NCBI GenBank assembly: GCA_965202585.1
Contig: OZ241826.1
Span: 36,456,001-36,520,000, forward strand
Direction: 5' to 3'
Length of the DNA: 64,000 nt
Source: Thalia democratica
Lineage: Eukaryota
In this document: positions 40,282 through 52,654 of the stretch, piece after piece
Position numbering within the stretch: the first letter of the stretch is position 1
Layout: every line of letters starts with the position of its first letter
Notes under the pieces: model-generated
The model's input: the letters and a program-made list of their open reading frames with translations, nothing else
What the model was told of the DNA's origin: nothing
Databases searched by the model: none
Made by a program: the position numbers and the translations under genes

Positions 40282-42560
40282 TTATTGTTCATTGGTAGCT
40301 ATATATTTGCAATAACGGCAATAGTATTTTTGAGATTTTAGAACATTGTAAGTCTTGTCCGTCATCTTCAGGCAGCTTTTATGGTACCATTTATTACAGT
40401 TGTCGCAGCCTAACTGTAATAAAGTGGTATACTGTTTAGTTCAAATATATTTAAAATCGTAACTACTTGAAAGTTTTTATTAAATTTACAAACATTTGAT
40501 TTAAATAAAAATCTAACCCATTTTATTTTTTCATTCTCATCTAGGTTCTGTCTTTGAAGCTTAATTGGTTGGTACCATTGGCAAGTGTTACATGCATTCA
40601 CCTTTACAACTGTAGAGTATTTTATTTAAATATTTACTTAATAGTTTAAACATAATATCTTAATACTTTCTTAATTTATCTCTGTGTCAATAAATATTAG
40701 AAAACTTTGTAAAAATCAGTTTTACCTCCATCCCTAATCAAACTCGTCGCTATATATAATCTTTTTAAATGATTTTCCTGACAATCTGTTATTATCTTTA
40801 TTTTTTTTGGGAAAACTGGATACTTCGATAGTATTTGCTCTGCAGCCTGAAAAGTAATACTAATATGAACAATTTAATGATATAGGATACCTATAGTTTT
40901 TATTGTTTTTATACACTAAAATAAATTTTTTTTTTACCTCGATGACATGTAGTCCGCAGCTATTATGATCTTTTTGTCGGTTGTGGGTTATTCTTATAAC
41001 TTTTAACCGTCTAACTTTTTTTAACAACTCACTATTTCTTTTTACCTGTTGCCTAAATTGTAAAAAAAGTGTTACTCATATTTAAAAAAAATATATATTA
41101 ACGTAACGAAATGAAATTAAGTTTTGAAAAAAAAAACATTCTATAATTATGGCTAATAATGTACTAACTTAATGTTATCTACAAACTTTTTGCCTTCATC
41201 TTCTTCTTCATATTGGTTATGGAAGGCATCAAATATATACACATTCTTTTCGATAATAAACTAAAAATTTATTTAAGTTACGCTTATTCTAGAAATTTAA
41301 CTATAAATATTTATTTTTCTATTGAAAACAATTAGATTATTAATATTATTACACAAAGCTTATATTTAAATATTATTCGAACTAACTACATCTCATAAAA
41401 ACTGTCTTTAACTACTTACTTAAAGCTACTGTAGGTAACTTTTACAGTTAAATGCACAATGACTTACTATCAATTAAAGTGCAAAACTCTGTGGTTTAAA
41501 GCACTTAAATACGAGTAACAATCATGATCTACATTTAAAATCTATTAATTCAGACTACAACTAAACTTCTTGACTTTTACAACAAAACATTGTATCAAAA
41601 ATACTTTAAAAATTTTGATAAGTTTTATAAAACGCTTTGCACTACATGAATTATCAAGATTTTACGTAACAAATAAAATAAAGCTAACAAATCCTTTCCA
41701 ATGGTTAGGGTGTTTTTGATGGATAAAACTAACGACTGATTTAGCATTTAAAATCTAAATAATGTATAAAGGTTACAAAATACAGTTTAAACCTTATTAT
41801 ATATTAAATAATAACTTACTTTATCAAGGACGGTCTTATCTACTCGTTCACCATTATTTATCATTCCAGTATACTTGTGTTCTAAATATTCTACACTTTT
41901 AAATCTGGTTGTATTTAAAAGTAAAAACATATACCCACGAATTACCTGTGTTAATTACATAAAGTTAATAAATAAACCTACTTAAAATTGATGTTATATA
42001 AGCAACTTACATTTCCATCTAACTCATTACTTAATGTAAATATGTCGTCAAAAGTTATGCCCATCCAATCTCTAGTACTTTCTTTTCGTATAATTGTAAC
42101 CGGTCCGAATACGTCTTCTGATCCATGTTTCCAAATGTAATCAACCTTTTACGAATTTTAATTAATTTTTTTATATCTCAAACAATAAAAAATAGTATAA
42201 AATTGAATGCTTACTAGGTCCTCAGGTTGTTGAATTGTGTTATTTTCCCACTGTAAAATGTTTTTAATGTTCATATCAAATTGTTAGTCTACAAACTATA
42301 AATATAACTTACAATTGGTTCTTTATCCCATTCTTTTTTTCCCTCTGGGTAAACAATAACATCATTTGATCTTCTTTTTAACTTAAGCTTTTCTGTTATT
42401 TTTGAAGCACTTGGTATCTGAGAATAATTAAAACACATTTTGAAACGAGACTTAGATTAACCAAATAATTAGACAATGCAAAAAAACATAAGTCTAAGTT
42501 ATAAATCCAAAAGTTATAAACTTACGTTAGTTCCGGTACGATTTTCAGCAGGGACAGATT
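40282..42560 (-). CDS. Spliced Ulp1/SENP-like (peptidase C48) cysteine protease with C-terminal PHD finger; 5' end not resolved
   Basis: Eleven exons, all GT-AG, phase-consistent and stop-free: 42526-42560, 42313-42417, 42215-42250, 42011-42145, 41820-41945, 41689-41754, 41169-41260, 40938-41052, 40726-40846, 40518-40609, 40282-40413 (1,055 nt, ~350 codons). Motifs: FTLSNELDGN|VIRGYMFLL (like WLNDEVINFYM), NHWKGF|FIIEKNVYIFDAF (His 41701-41703, Asp 41228-41230), QKDHNSCGLHV (Gln, and Cys 40956-40958), then CNTC...W|LGCDNCNKWYHKSC...YYCRYC (C4HC3). Confidence 0.9.
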
Positions 42561-43828
42561 CTAAGAAAAAAAACAGTCAAAACCTTTTAATATATAGAGT
42601 AGAAATAGCTAAAAATATTCGCTGACCTTTATGTACAAAGTTAAATGTTTTCACTCGAGTTAGTTTAGTTATAATAAAACATTATACAATTACGGGATTT
42701 TTTACAATTTTAACAACGGTACAATGGAGCATATCGGAGCATACTATTTAATTAAAGTTTAGTTTATTTATTGAACTGCTTTAGGAAATTCGAATTTCTA
42801 AACAAATTTTTCTGTAGAGATGGTGTTTATATGGATGTTCTTAATTTTAAAATAGTCATTAATTCAACTTGATTTCTAGTTGTAATGTTTTGTAATGGTT
42901 GTAACTTGATTAAAATGATTTTGCAGTATTCAATATTTAACTAAATGGTAAAAAATAAAACTGATATTACATTACATTGCCACATGTTTAGGAAATCAAA
43001 TTACATTCTTCTGTTTTGATCTAGTAGAAGTCTACAATATAAAAAAAAAGATTAATTTTATACAGTGCACCTTTTTTAAACAAATACCATATATGATTAA
43101 TAAATAAAAGGCCTGAGTTGTATTAAATTTACGTAATTAAGTCTAAAAGATAAAATTCTGTTGTCATATAAATACTTATGAAAAATAATAAACATTTCTA
43201 GCATAAATCAAGCATATAAATTTGAAAACTAAGTCAGCAAAAATAAATTATTTTTGTTTTTTTAAATTTTAACTATAAAAACGTATTTATTTTTTATTAT
43301 TTTTCAATTAGTTTCAGTGACGTAGATTAGGAATAAGGATAAAAATGAGTAAAAAAATAACTGAACCTATAAAAATAATTCTTGACTCAGCAAATCAGGC
43401 TGAGTATTATCTACATTTTACTTATTGAGGTATAATCTAATATAAAACATCAACACCATTTTAAATGTTTGTATACGTTATTCAGCGCTTTTTATATGTA
43501 ATGTACAGAATATTTTTTATTTCTATTTAAACACCAACAAACACACCATATAAATGCTGAAATAGAAGTTTTATTGTAGTATAAATAAATTTAAGATAAA
43601 AACATGCAACTCTAATACAAAGTAACATTCATGTATTTAAAAACTTTGAGGAGAGACTTAAAACTAATGTTTTTTATATTTAAAATAACCACGACTTAAC
43701 AATGTTAAAAGTTGGTTACGCAAATGTGCAATGATAAAAACACCAATGTTTAGTAAAAATTAGTATAAAGTTGATTAAACTCATGGAAAAGACCGTGATA
43801 TGCGACACGATAACCAAAAGGTTCGCCG

Positions 43829-45082
43829 TACGTAACTAGACGGTCAATACGGGTTTTTCGTCTTCAAGTGTCGATTATGACGTCAGAAATGTTTTTTTTT
43901 AATTTTTAAATTCAAGTTAAGGTTCAGACGACTTACAAGAACACATATATAAAGTATTAAAACTATACAACCTCAATTTAAGGTTTGGTGCCCTAGGGTA
44001 TACGTAACTAGACGGTTAATACGGGTTTTTCGTCTTTAAGTGTCGATTATGACGTCAGAAATGTTTTTTTTTTAAATTTTAATTTCAAGTTAAGGTTCAG
44101 ACGACTTACAAGAACACATATATGAAGTATTAAAACTATACAACCTCAATTTAAGGTTTGGTGCCCTAGGGTATACGTAACTAGACGGTTAATACGGGTT
44201 TTTCGTCTTCAAGTGTCGATTATGACGTCAGAAATTCTTTTTTTTAATTTTAATTTCAAGTTAAGGTTTAGACGACTTACAAGAACACATATATGAAGTA
44301 TTAAAACTATACAACCTCAATTTAAGGTTTGGTGCCCTAGGCTATACGTAACTAGACGGTTAATACGGGTTTTTCGTCTTTAAGTGTCGATTATGACGTC
44401 AGAAATGTTTTTTTTTAAATTTTAATTTCAAGTTAAGGTTCAGACGACTTACAAGAACACATATATGAAGTATTAAAACTATACAACCTCAATTTAAGGT
44501 TTGGTGCCCTAGGCTATACGTAACTAGACGGTTAATACGGGTTTTTCGTCTTCAAGTGTCGATTATGACGTCAGAAATACTTTTTTTTTAAATTTTAATT
44601 TCAAGTCAAGGTTCAGACGACTTACAAGAACACATATATAAAGTATTAAAACTATACAACCTCAATTTAAGGTTTGGTGCCCTAGGCTATACGTAACTAG
44701 ACGGTTAATACGGGTTTTTCGTCTTTAAGTGTCGATTATGACGTCAGAAATGTTTTTTTTTAAATTTTAATTTCAAGTTAAGGTTCAGACGACTTACAAG
44801 AACACATATATGAAGTATTAAAACTATACAACCTCAATTTAAGGTTTGGTGCCCTAGGGTATACGTAACTAGACGGTTAATACGGGTTTTTCGTCTTCAA
44901 GTGTCGATTATGACGTCAGAAATGTTTTTTTTTTTTTAATTTTAATTTCAAGTTAAGGTTAAGACGACTTAGAAGAACACATATATAAAGTATTAAAACT
45001 AAACAACCTCAATTAAGGTTTGGTGCCCTAGGATATAAATATGAATATAAGGATGCAAATATGACGCTAACTATAGAAACGT
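43829..45082 (-). repeat. Right inverted arm: seven ~172-bp units plus terminal segment
   Basis: GTGCCCTAGG recurs at about 43989, 44161, 44333, 44504, 44676, 44849 and 45024, as the reverse complement of the left-arm unit. Confidence 0.95.
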
Positions 45083-46782
45083 AAATCAGAGCTATCCACA
45101 CTACTTGAAATATTTCCCTGTGAGTGGGTAAAACAAAAAATACAGTGCTGAAAGGAAAGGATTTTTTAATTCCATTAAATATTAAATTTTCCTGATCAGA
45201 GTAAAGCAATAACTTATTTTTATAAGTATCTTTACAGTTTATTTGAACTGTAATCATGCTTATTGTGTGGAATAACTATTAGGTTAATAGTATTGTAATT
45301 CAATGAAGTCTTGAAAACAATAGTTTTTTTTGTCTTGAACTAGTTTACTGTATGGCTCATGGTATACTTAATTTTTATTTTTTGTACACCAGACCATAGT
45401 GAAGTCTTCAAAACTATTTCTCTATATTCTTAAAAACCTTTGAACCAAAATATAACTAATTTTACTGAGTGTCTCCTAACATTTTACATGCCATTTAAAT
45501 AAGCAATAAAATGTTTTGAGATATTACCTTACATCCCACCAAGTTTTTACAGACTATAAAATTAAATTAATTTTTATTTAACATATACCACTGCAAAGCC
45601 TCAGCAGCACCAAAGGTCTTTTGTAAAGTTGATGGAAAAGATATTTGAATCAAAGTTAAGCTTAAGTTGATAAGGCTAGATCTTAAGATGGTACTTTTTA
45701 AATGTCTAATAATTTAAAGAGTAAACAAGGTTTTTTTAATTTACTACTATCTGCCACCAACTGAATATATGAATTTATAATTTCATGATCAAACCATCTG
45801 GAAGCTTCAGGCTTTTAATACTTTTTAATCACAATTCTAAATTAATAGACTCAACAAATAGCTGGTACCTAGAAATAAAAAAGAAATGATTTATGAAACC
45901 CCTAGAAGTTTGGACGTGGATTAGTCTTTCTTCTACCCGTATGGTTCGGCTTATAAGCCGGACACATGAGCCAAGCAGGATATAATTCCCTTTTATCCGT
46001 GGATTGTACAAATTGCCTTCCATCTTTAAGTACCACATATTTGCTTAAAGTGGACTTCTTTGTCTTTTTAGCAGGGACCTCTGGGATAGCAATGTCATTG
46101 CACTTATTTAAAAAGTGACTTGAAAAACTATCTAGTTATTGGCTATTTAATTTGATAAGCCTGATAATGAGGAAACTTAAAATCACCTTTCCCCTTAAAT
46201 GACTTCCTAACATTAATAAATTGATTTTCAATTAAACACCTTTAGTTCAGTTACCAAATCCGTTGGACTCACATATAATCTTCCAACTAAACTGTTATTA
46301 AAAGATTCAGCCAATTTTGGCAGGGACCGCTGGGAAAGCAATGTTCTAGAACCCTTTTACCCAAAATACTTGGGAACCAAAGACATCTACTCTATTAGTA
46401 TTTGCTAAAATACCTTTGCCTTACAATTACCATAGAATAAATTTTAAACTATCACTTTTATTCATAGATTCTTCATATAGTTTTTCTATGTTTTAAAATA
46501 TTTTCGAAGTCTTTTTTGAGTTTTTGAAATAGTTGTGGTCATTGTGCAAACAATGATAGAATTTTTTATTTTGAATGGAATAAAAATTAGCAGGACCAGT
46601 CTTCACCTTAGAGGTCGAATAGTATAATGAATATTATTGTCAGTACAATTTTGAAGCCGGGCAGAGCTATACATGATTTTTTTAAGTTGTCGCTTTTGAT
46701 AGGTTGTCACTTATAGATTAATGTTTTGTTTTAATAAACGTGTCTTTCATCTGCTTAAATTCTTAGTTCAGATTAAAGGTTT

Positions 46783-47032
46783 CCGGTACACCATGGGAGA
46801 GTGGTTCCTCAATCACGTAATCCTGAAAATGAGTACTTACGGTGGGCCCTTACAGTAAACCGAAGAATTAATATAATCTTACATCATCGTGACAAGCGAG
46901 CGCGGTTATAGCAATAAAAATCAACACATAAATAACAGTAAAACCGAGAATAGCTAACAATTAGGCGTATGACATTGCACTATCATTTGACCTGCCACTC
47001 AAAAGAGCGAGAGCCTGGTATATATAACCGAG
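46783..47032. other. Second copy of the 250-bp AAGGTTT-flanked insertion
   Basis: Differs from 21147-21396 by about two substitutions and has the same flanking direct repeats. Confidence 0.85.
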
Positions 47033-49866
47033 AAGGTTTGCAGTAATTCTGTACCGCTTGTCTTTAAATCTAATTTTTAAATGTGGTAGTTGAAATTACT
47101 ACCTTTACTTGTCTGTTGATTGCGCGTATGTTTTTTCATTTATTACTACCAACTTAACCTTAAAATTTATTTTACTAACAGGGTTTATAAAAGGCTCGTC
47201 TACTGAGTAATTAAAAAAGTCGTCTGAAAATATCTGATCATATAAAGAGTTAACATAGTTATTATAGTATTCACTAACAACAATACTTAATTCAAGATTG
47301 CCAGCAGAAAAATCAAAAATACCTTGACTTTTAAACATTTCTTTGAAATTAAGAAGTTGTAGGTTATTTAATTAACATTTCAAGTTCTTCATATAATTCT
47401 AAAGGTCTAAGCAATTGATTGTTAAAGAACTGCTTTATTTTCCTATTTTGCTTCATCATCTAGCAATTGCAGTGTTTTAATGCAATGGCCTGTAACTAAG
47501 TCATTACTGCTACAATTAATTTCGTCACTATCACCTTTATTCATTGCACCATGATAGATTTAATAATATTATAAAATGTTTTTATAAGTTCAAGAATTTT
47601 TATAATAATTATGGTCATTGTGCAACCAATGATACAATGTTTTATTTATCTTTGGATATAACTTGGTAGGTCGAATCTTCACCTTAAGGGTTGAATAGTA
47701 CAATGAATTTTTAACACCCTGATCAAAGAATTTCCTTTTACTCCCAAGTTTCTTTCGCAAAATTGGAGCTCTTCTTTTAATTTTCTCAGTTTTAAAATTA
47801 CTTCTTATAATTTCTTGTCTTGAAACTACTTTTCTTTCACGTATACGTGAAATATATGTATTTCTTGGAACTGTAATGACTGTTATTAAGCAAGACTCTT
47901 TTTTAATGCAAACAACAGTTAAATTTTCCAACATTAGCAATTGTATTACATGCGTATCTGAACTGACAAAGGAACTTAAAGAAAATTCGTAAATTTTTCT
48001 GTTGCTGCTGTTATTCACACGGCTAATGTTGCTGGAATGACATTTTTCAAGAAAGACTCTTTTAGAACTTCCAGTTTTTATTCTAAATAGCCTTACTTTG
48101 AACAACTCGTCTTTGAAGGTTCTCAAGATTGGCAAAAAATGCTTAAGGTGGATTACTGTGAGATTTAATTTTTATGTTACTTCACTTTAAACTTCATTCA
48201 AACAAATACAACTTTTAATTATTGAACTTTTTGCTAATAGTTGCTGTGGTCATTGTGATTGCAGTTGTAAAACTTAAAGGAGACCAGTCGCGTACATCTC
48301 TTGCCGTTTTTCTACATTTTAAAACTTTCTACCTTGAACATTTAGAACAGAATTCTGAACTGTATATACTAAAGTTTTCATTTTCTCTATAACTTAAAAC
48401 TAATGTTTGATCAGGAGCAAATTATTTTAAAAACAAAATTTTGAACTTGTCTTTGATCTAACCTCCAAGTGCTGTCATACTTTTCATCTATTACTGGCTT
48501 ACAGTTATAATATCACAGTTTATTATTTTTCTTATATCTTAATATTTCTAAAGGACAGTAGTGTGTTTCACTACTTAATTTGATCTTAATTATTTCTTCA
48601 ATACCAAAGTTTTTCTCTTTACTCTACAACTTAAAAAAATAGATTTAAAACTCGTTGTACAGAGGAGTAAAACCTGTCATTTTTTTGTGTCTTGAAAATA
48701 AAATTTGAAAAGAGAACGGTGCTGTTATCACAGTTTACTAGTTTTTATTTCAGCAAGTTCATCTCCCCGCTACTTAATATTTTCAAAGTGGCGTTATGGC
48801 AGTACTAAGTTCCATCAACTTAATTTGAATGTCTTCTCAACTACTTCTTAAATACCAAAAATACTGCATAAGTTTTCATTTTACTCTACAATTTAAAAAG
48901 CAAGAATTAAAACTAGCATTTGTAAAGATTCTGTTTTCTAAAACAAGTTTGGACGAAATGTTGTTCGGTTCTGACATTGAACTGAATTTGAACTGACGTA
49001 TGCAGTAGTCTTTGTACTGACTTTCTTTAGTTTTTTAATCCTAAAGAACATTCTGCTTTTATTTATCTTATTCTCATACTGCTTGATCTTCTTATTTATC
49101 ATCGTTCAACTATAATACTTAAAAAAATCATACTTACCTTGTATCCAATGTTTTTTAAAGAACTGTTTAAGAAATGCATATTTTCAATTTTGAGATGTTT
49201 TCTATCAACAACTATATTGATTTTTCCTAACAGTTTTTTATCCTGCTGAGGATGTCAACTATTTTTTGTGATTTTAATAATCATCGTGGCATTCTACCAC
49301 GATTGATCTTAAACTTTGCCTTTGTACTTTTCTTGTTTGTAGAGAGAGTCAATATCACATTTATTTATTTTTCTTTCACCAAACTCACTTCCTTTCGATT
49401 CGTATTGCCAAAAAAAGAATTTTTATAATAATCAGGAAATCGATTTTGAGGATCGGCTAACCCATGTATAGGGGGATGAATATTTATTTCCAGAGCCTTA
49501 GAGGCGCAAAAAGCAGTTAATCTTCAAGAATAACTAAGACAGCCGTAAGTTTTAGATAGTCTTTCAATACAGTTTTCTAAGCACATATTTAGATAGTGTT
49601 ATAAGATACATTGTAACAGGATATGTACGTAGCTTTTTTTGACGTAATCATAAAATATTTTAACGCTATCCAATACTGTCGTGTTTATTACCTAATAATA
49701 AGAGAGTCATTGAGTGAAAGAAACATCTATCCTGATAAGAGCTATCAGCAAAGCACTTATAAGCTAAATCAGTAAACTTTGAGTAAATCAACAACAGACA
49801 GTTGGGATTCACATTTAATTTTGATATTTGAAACAATTTTATTATCAAAACCTCTTAGTTCTAAAC

Positions 49867-52654
49867 CAGGGGTCGGCAAACTGCGGCCCGCGGGCCAATT
49901 GCGGCCCGCGAGCACGTTATTTTTTTGAATGGAATGCGGCCCGCGAGAGAAAATTTTGTGGCCCGCTGAGCAAAAATATATTTCGAATAAAAATATTTTC
50001 GGTAATTCGATTTAATTTGTTTAGTTTAGTTTTAAGTCTCTGTATAACATTTAGAAATAATTAGAAGAAGTTGCTACTTTAATTTAAAAATGTGAAAAAC
50101 ACAGATTAGCATTCTAACAGGATATTTTTCTGAGTTTTATAATAACTTCTATTTTACAACAGCAAGTAATTATCTGAAAAAAGAGTGCTTGAATTTAATA
50201 AGTTAGTTATATTATACCTATTTATCAAATAAACTAAATGCAAATGTTTTCCATTTTGTACAAAAGTAATGCACAGTAATTAACTAAAGTTTCATTTCTT
50301 TATAGCTTAGATATTCTCTCCAATATATTTTATACCTAAGTTTGTTTTTTCTACATGTAATATCTAAATTTGTACAGACACAACTAAAACGATATATATG
50401 ACATAAACTAATATAGTTTTTGTTAGGTATACATTTCCATTTTTCAAACATTGATTTTGTCAAACTAAGTTAACTTTTGTGCTTTGCATATCAATACACA
50501 CATTTTCTTTTTTTTGGAGCTACCTATTAAATATAAACTAGACTTAGGGATAGTTTTTAAACATTGACACACACTCAGACTATCACTATTTGAAGACTTC
50601 AAATCTCAGGCCAACTAAGTCATTTTATAAGTTTTTGGCTAGAATTGTTTTTTGTATACAAAAATATCAGGAATGTTTTTGTTAATTCAGGCTCGCTTTT
50701 TACTTAAAAGAGTGGCAAATTAAACTTATGATGTAAATTTTGCTCAACCCAAAGTGTTAGTTTCAGTTATAATATATCAAGTTCAAGCTTTGAACTTGAA
50801 ATTTAATGCTTAAAAGTTTTGGAAAAAAACTTGAATTTGAGAATTTTTGAAAAAGACTGGAGTTTCAAACAATTTTTACATGTAAAGTAGTGAAATTTCG
50901 ATTTGACACAAGAAATTTAGCAAATAAACATTTCTTTATTAAAAAATATACTAAAGTAGCTTAACAGTGTTTTTTAATATTGATATACTTTATAAGACAC
51001 TTTTAAAACTTTAGTTAAACTTTATACTAAAAATAAAAGAAAGAATTGTACTTCTAAAAACTTTTGGTGCATTGCACCTTTACTTGTAAAATTTCACCGA
51101 TTGTTGTGCTTCGTGTTTGAACTAAACCAAGAAATTATACTAAAGTGTCAAAGTTAAAAAAACATCTCTAATAAAAATTCTCAGATGAGCAATAGTTTTT
51201 CTGTCAGTGCTCTCATCTTAACATATTGATTAAAGTCATAATTTGATTTATGCGACTTTAATGCATTTCCTAAATAGGACTTTTTGTTGTCATTGAAGAA
51301 ATAAACAAAAGTTTTTCATTACTGCCAACAAAAATTTTTTCAAAAAGTTTTCAATTATAAACGGTATCTCATTATTAATAATAAATTTTGCTACTTTATA
51401 ACTTGCCTTAACAACTTTTTTCTGTAGTTACTGAAGATAATCATGTGCTTTGTTGGAACTGACTTTGGTGATTTGTTTTGTTATCGTTTCTCGCTATAAC
51501 TCCTAACTAACGTTTTTTTTTTGTTGCTCGTTTTTTATTTTACAACTAATATTTTAAACTCTTATTGCAGATAAAGAATTGCTGTAATGCTTAATAAAAA
51601 AGAGGTTTTTCTCTTCGCTAATGACTCAATTAAGTTTTATACTTTTGTTAAAAATGTTTAAGAAAGTTAATTGTCCATTCCAGCTGACTTATGTTTTTTT
51701 GGCATGTAATTTGTTTACTGTTAATAAGTTTTGTTATTTCTTTATGTTGTGAACTTTGTTTTAACTGGGTTGCTACACAAACAGGCTATTTTAAAAGCTT
51801 GAAAACTCAGATGTGTGTGAGACATTTATTTCAAACACTTTAAATAAATCTTAGAATTCCCAGAACAGTTTTTATGACTGTAGTGTAGTTTACTAATTGT
51901 AGTTTTTTCTTGTTTTTTTTTTACACTTAGTGTACTTTTTAATGATGATGATATTTTTACTAGGTACTTGAGCTTGATTTACAACGATTTACTATCTTTT
52001 CAAACTTTTAATGAACTTAGGCTGGTTTGATACAACTCAGAAATTTTTGCATTTTAAGTGACAACCATGTAAAAGACTAGTTACTAATAAGATATTTTAT
52101 TTAAGTATTCGAAAATTAATTATGTTAAAGAATTTGTTCTAGCTTTCTATAATACAAACAATTTTTAATTTTATTAAATTAACTAATTACTAAAATTTTT
52201 TATAAAAGTAAACTATTTAACACGCAAAAACTTTTTTTTGAAGTTAATATTCTTAGAAATATGAAAAAAGGGGTTGATAATATAACAAATATATAAAAGT
52301 AACTAATAAATTGTCTTTTAAGTTTGGTTTTTATAGAGAGTTAAATTGTATGCAAAATTACAAAAGTATTAAATTTAATTTAGTAAGTGCTTTTGAAAGT
52401 ACATAGTTTATTAACACTTAAATATATTAGTCAATGTAAATTTTATTCTAATTTTATTTAATTTAATTAGTCATTCTATGTATAGCTAAAAGTAATTTAA
52501 AATGATAAGGTGAATAAAAGTAAACTTTTCTCTAGTGTGACTAAAACTAAAACCAAAAGACTATTAAAATGTCACTAAAACTAAAACTGCGGCCCGCGAA
52601 GACTTTGTAAACTTGAAATTTGGCCCGCGACCACCAACTGCCTGCCGACCCCTG
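49867..52654. mobile_element. Non-autonomous hAT element (Charlie/Buster-like ends), 2,788 bp
   Basis: 12-bp TIR CAGGGGTCGGCA. Perfect 8-bp TSD TTCTAAAC (49859-49866, 52655-52662) with central TA. GCGGCCCGC subterminal repeats at both ends. Empty site TTCTAAAC at 26382-26389. No long internal ORF. Confidence 0.93.

Larger units (their letters stand above)
38953..45082. mobile_element. Foldback/Mutator-type element, 6,130 bp, with long modular TIRs
   Basis: Perfect 9-bp TSD AAATCAGAG (38944-38952 and 45083-45091). Termini ACGTTTCTATAGTTAGCGTCATATTTGCATCCTTATATTCATATTTATATCCTAGGGCAC are exactly inverted. Single-copy empty site AAACCAGAG at 19449-19457 in copy A. A 9-bp TSD with tandem-repeat TIRs is the FB/MULE pattern. 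Confidence 0.95.

Noticed and set aside
43345-43428. 27-codon plus-strand ORF inside the Foldback interior (MSKKITEPIKIILD...)
   Set aside because: Too short, no motif and no consistent downstream exon.
38953-45082. Arm arrays as a CRISPR-like array
   Set aside because: Units are contiguous near-identical repeats with no unique spacers, and they form the inverted arms of a TSD-flanked element.
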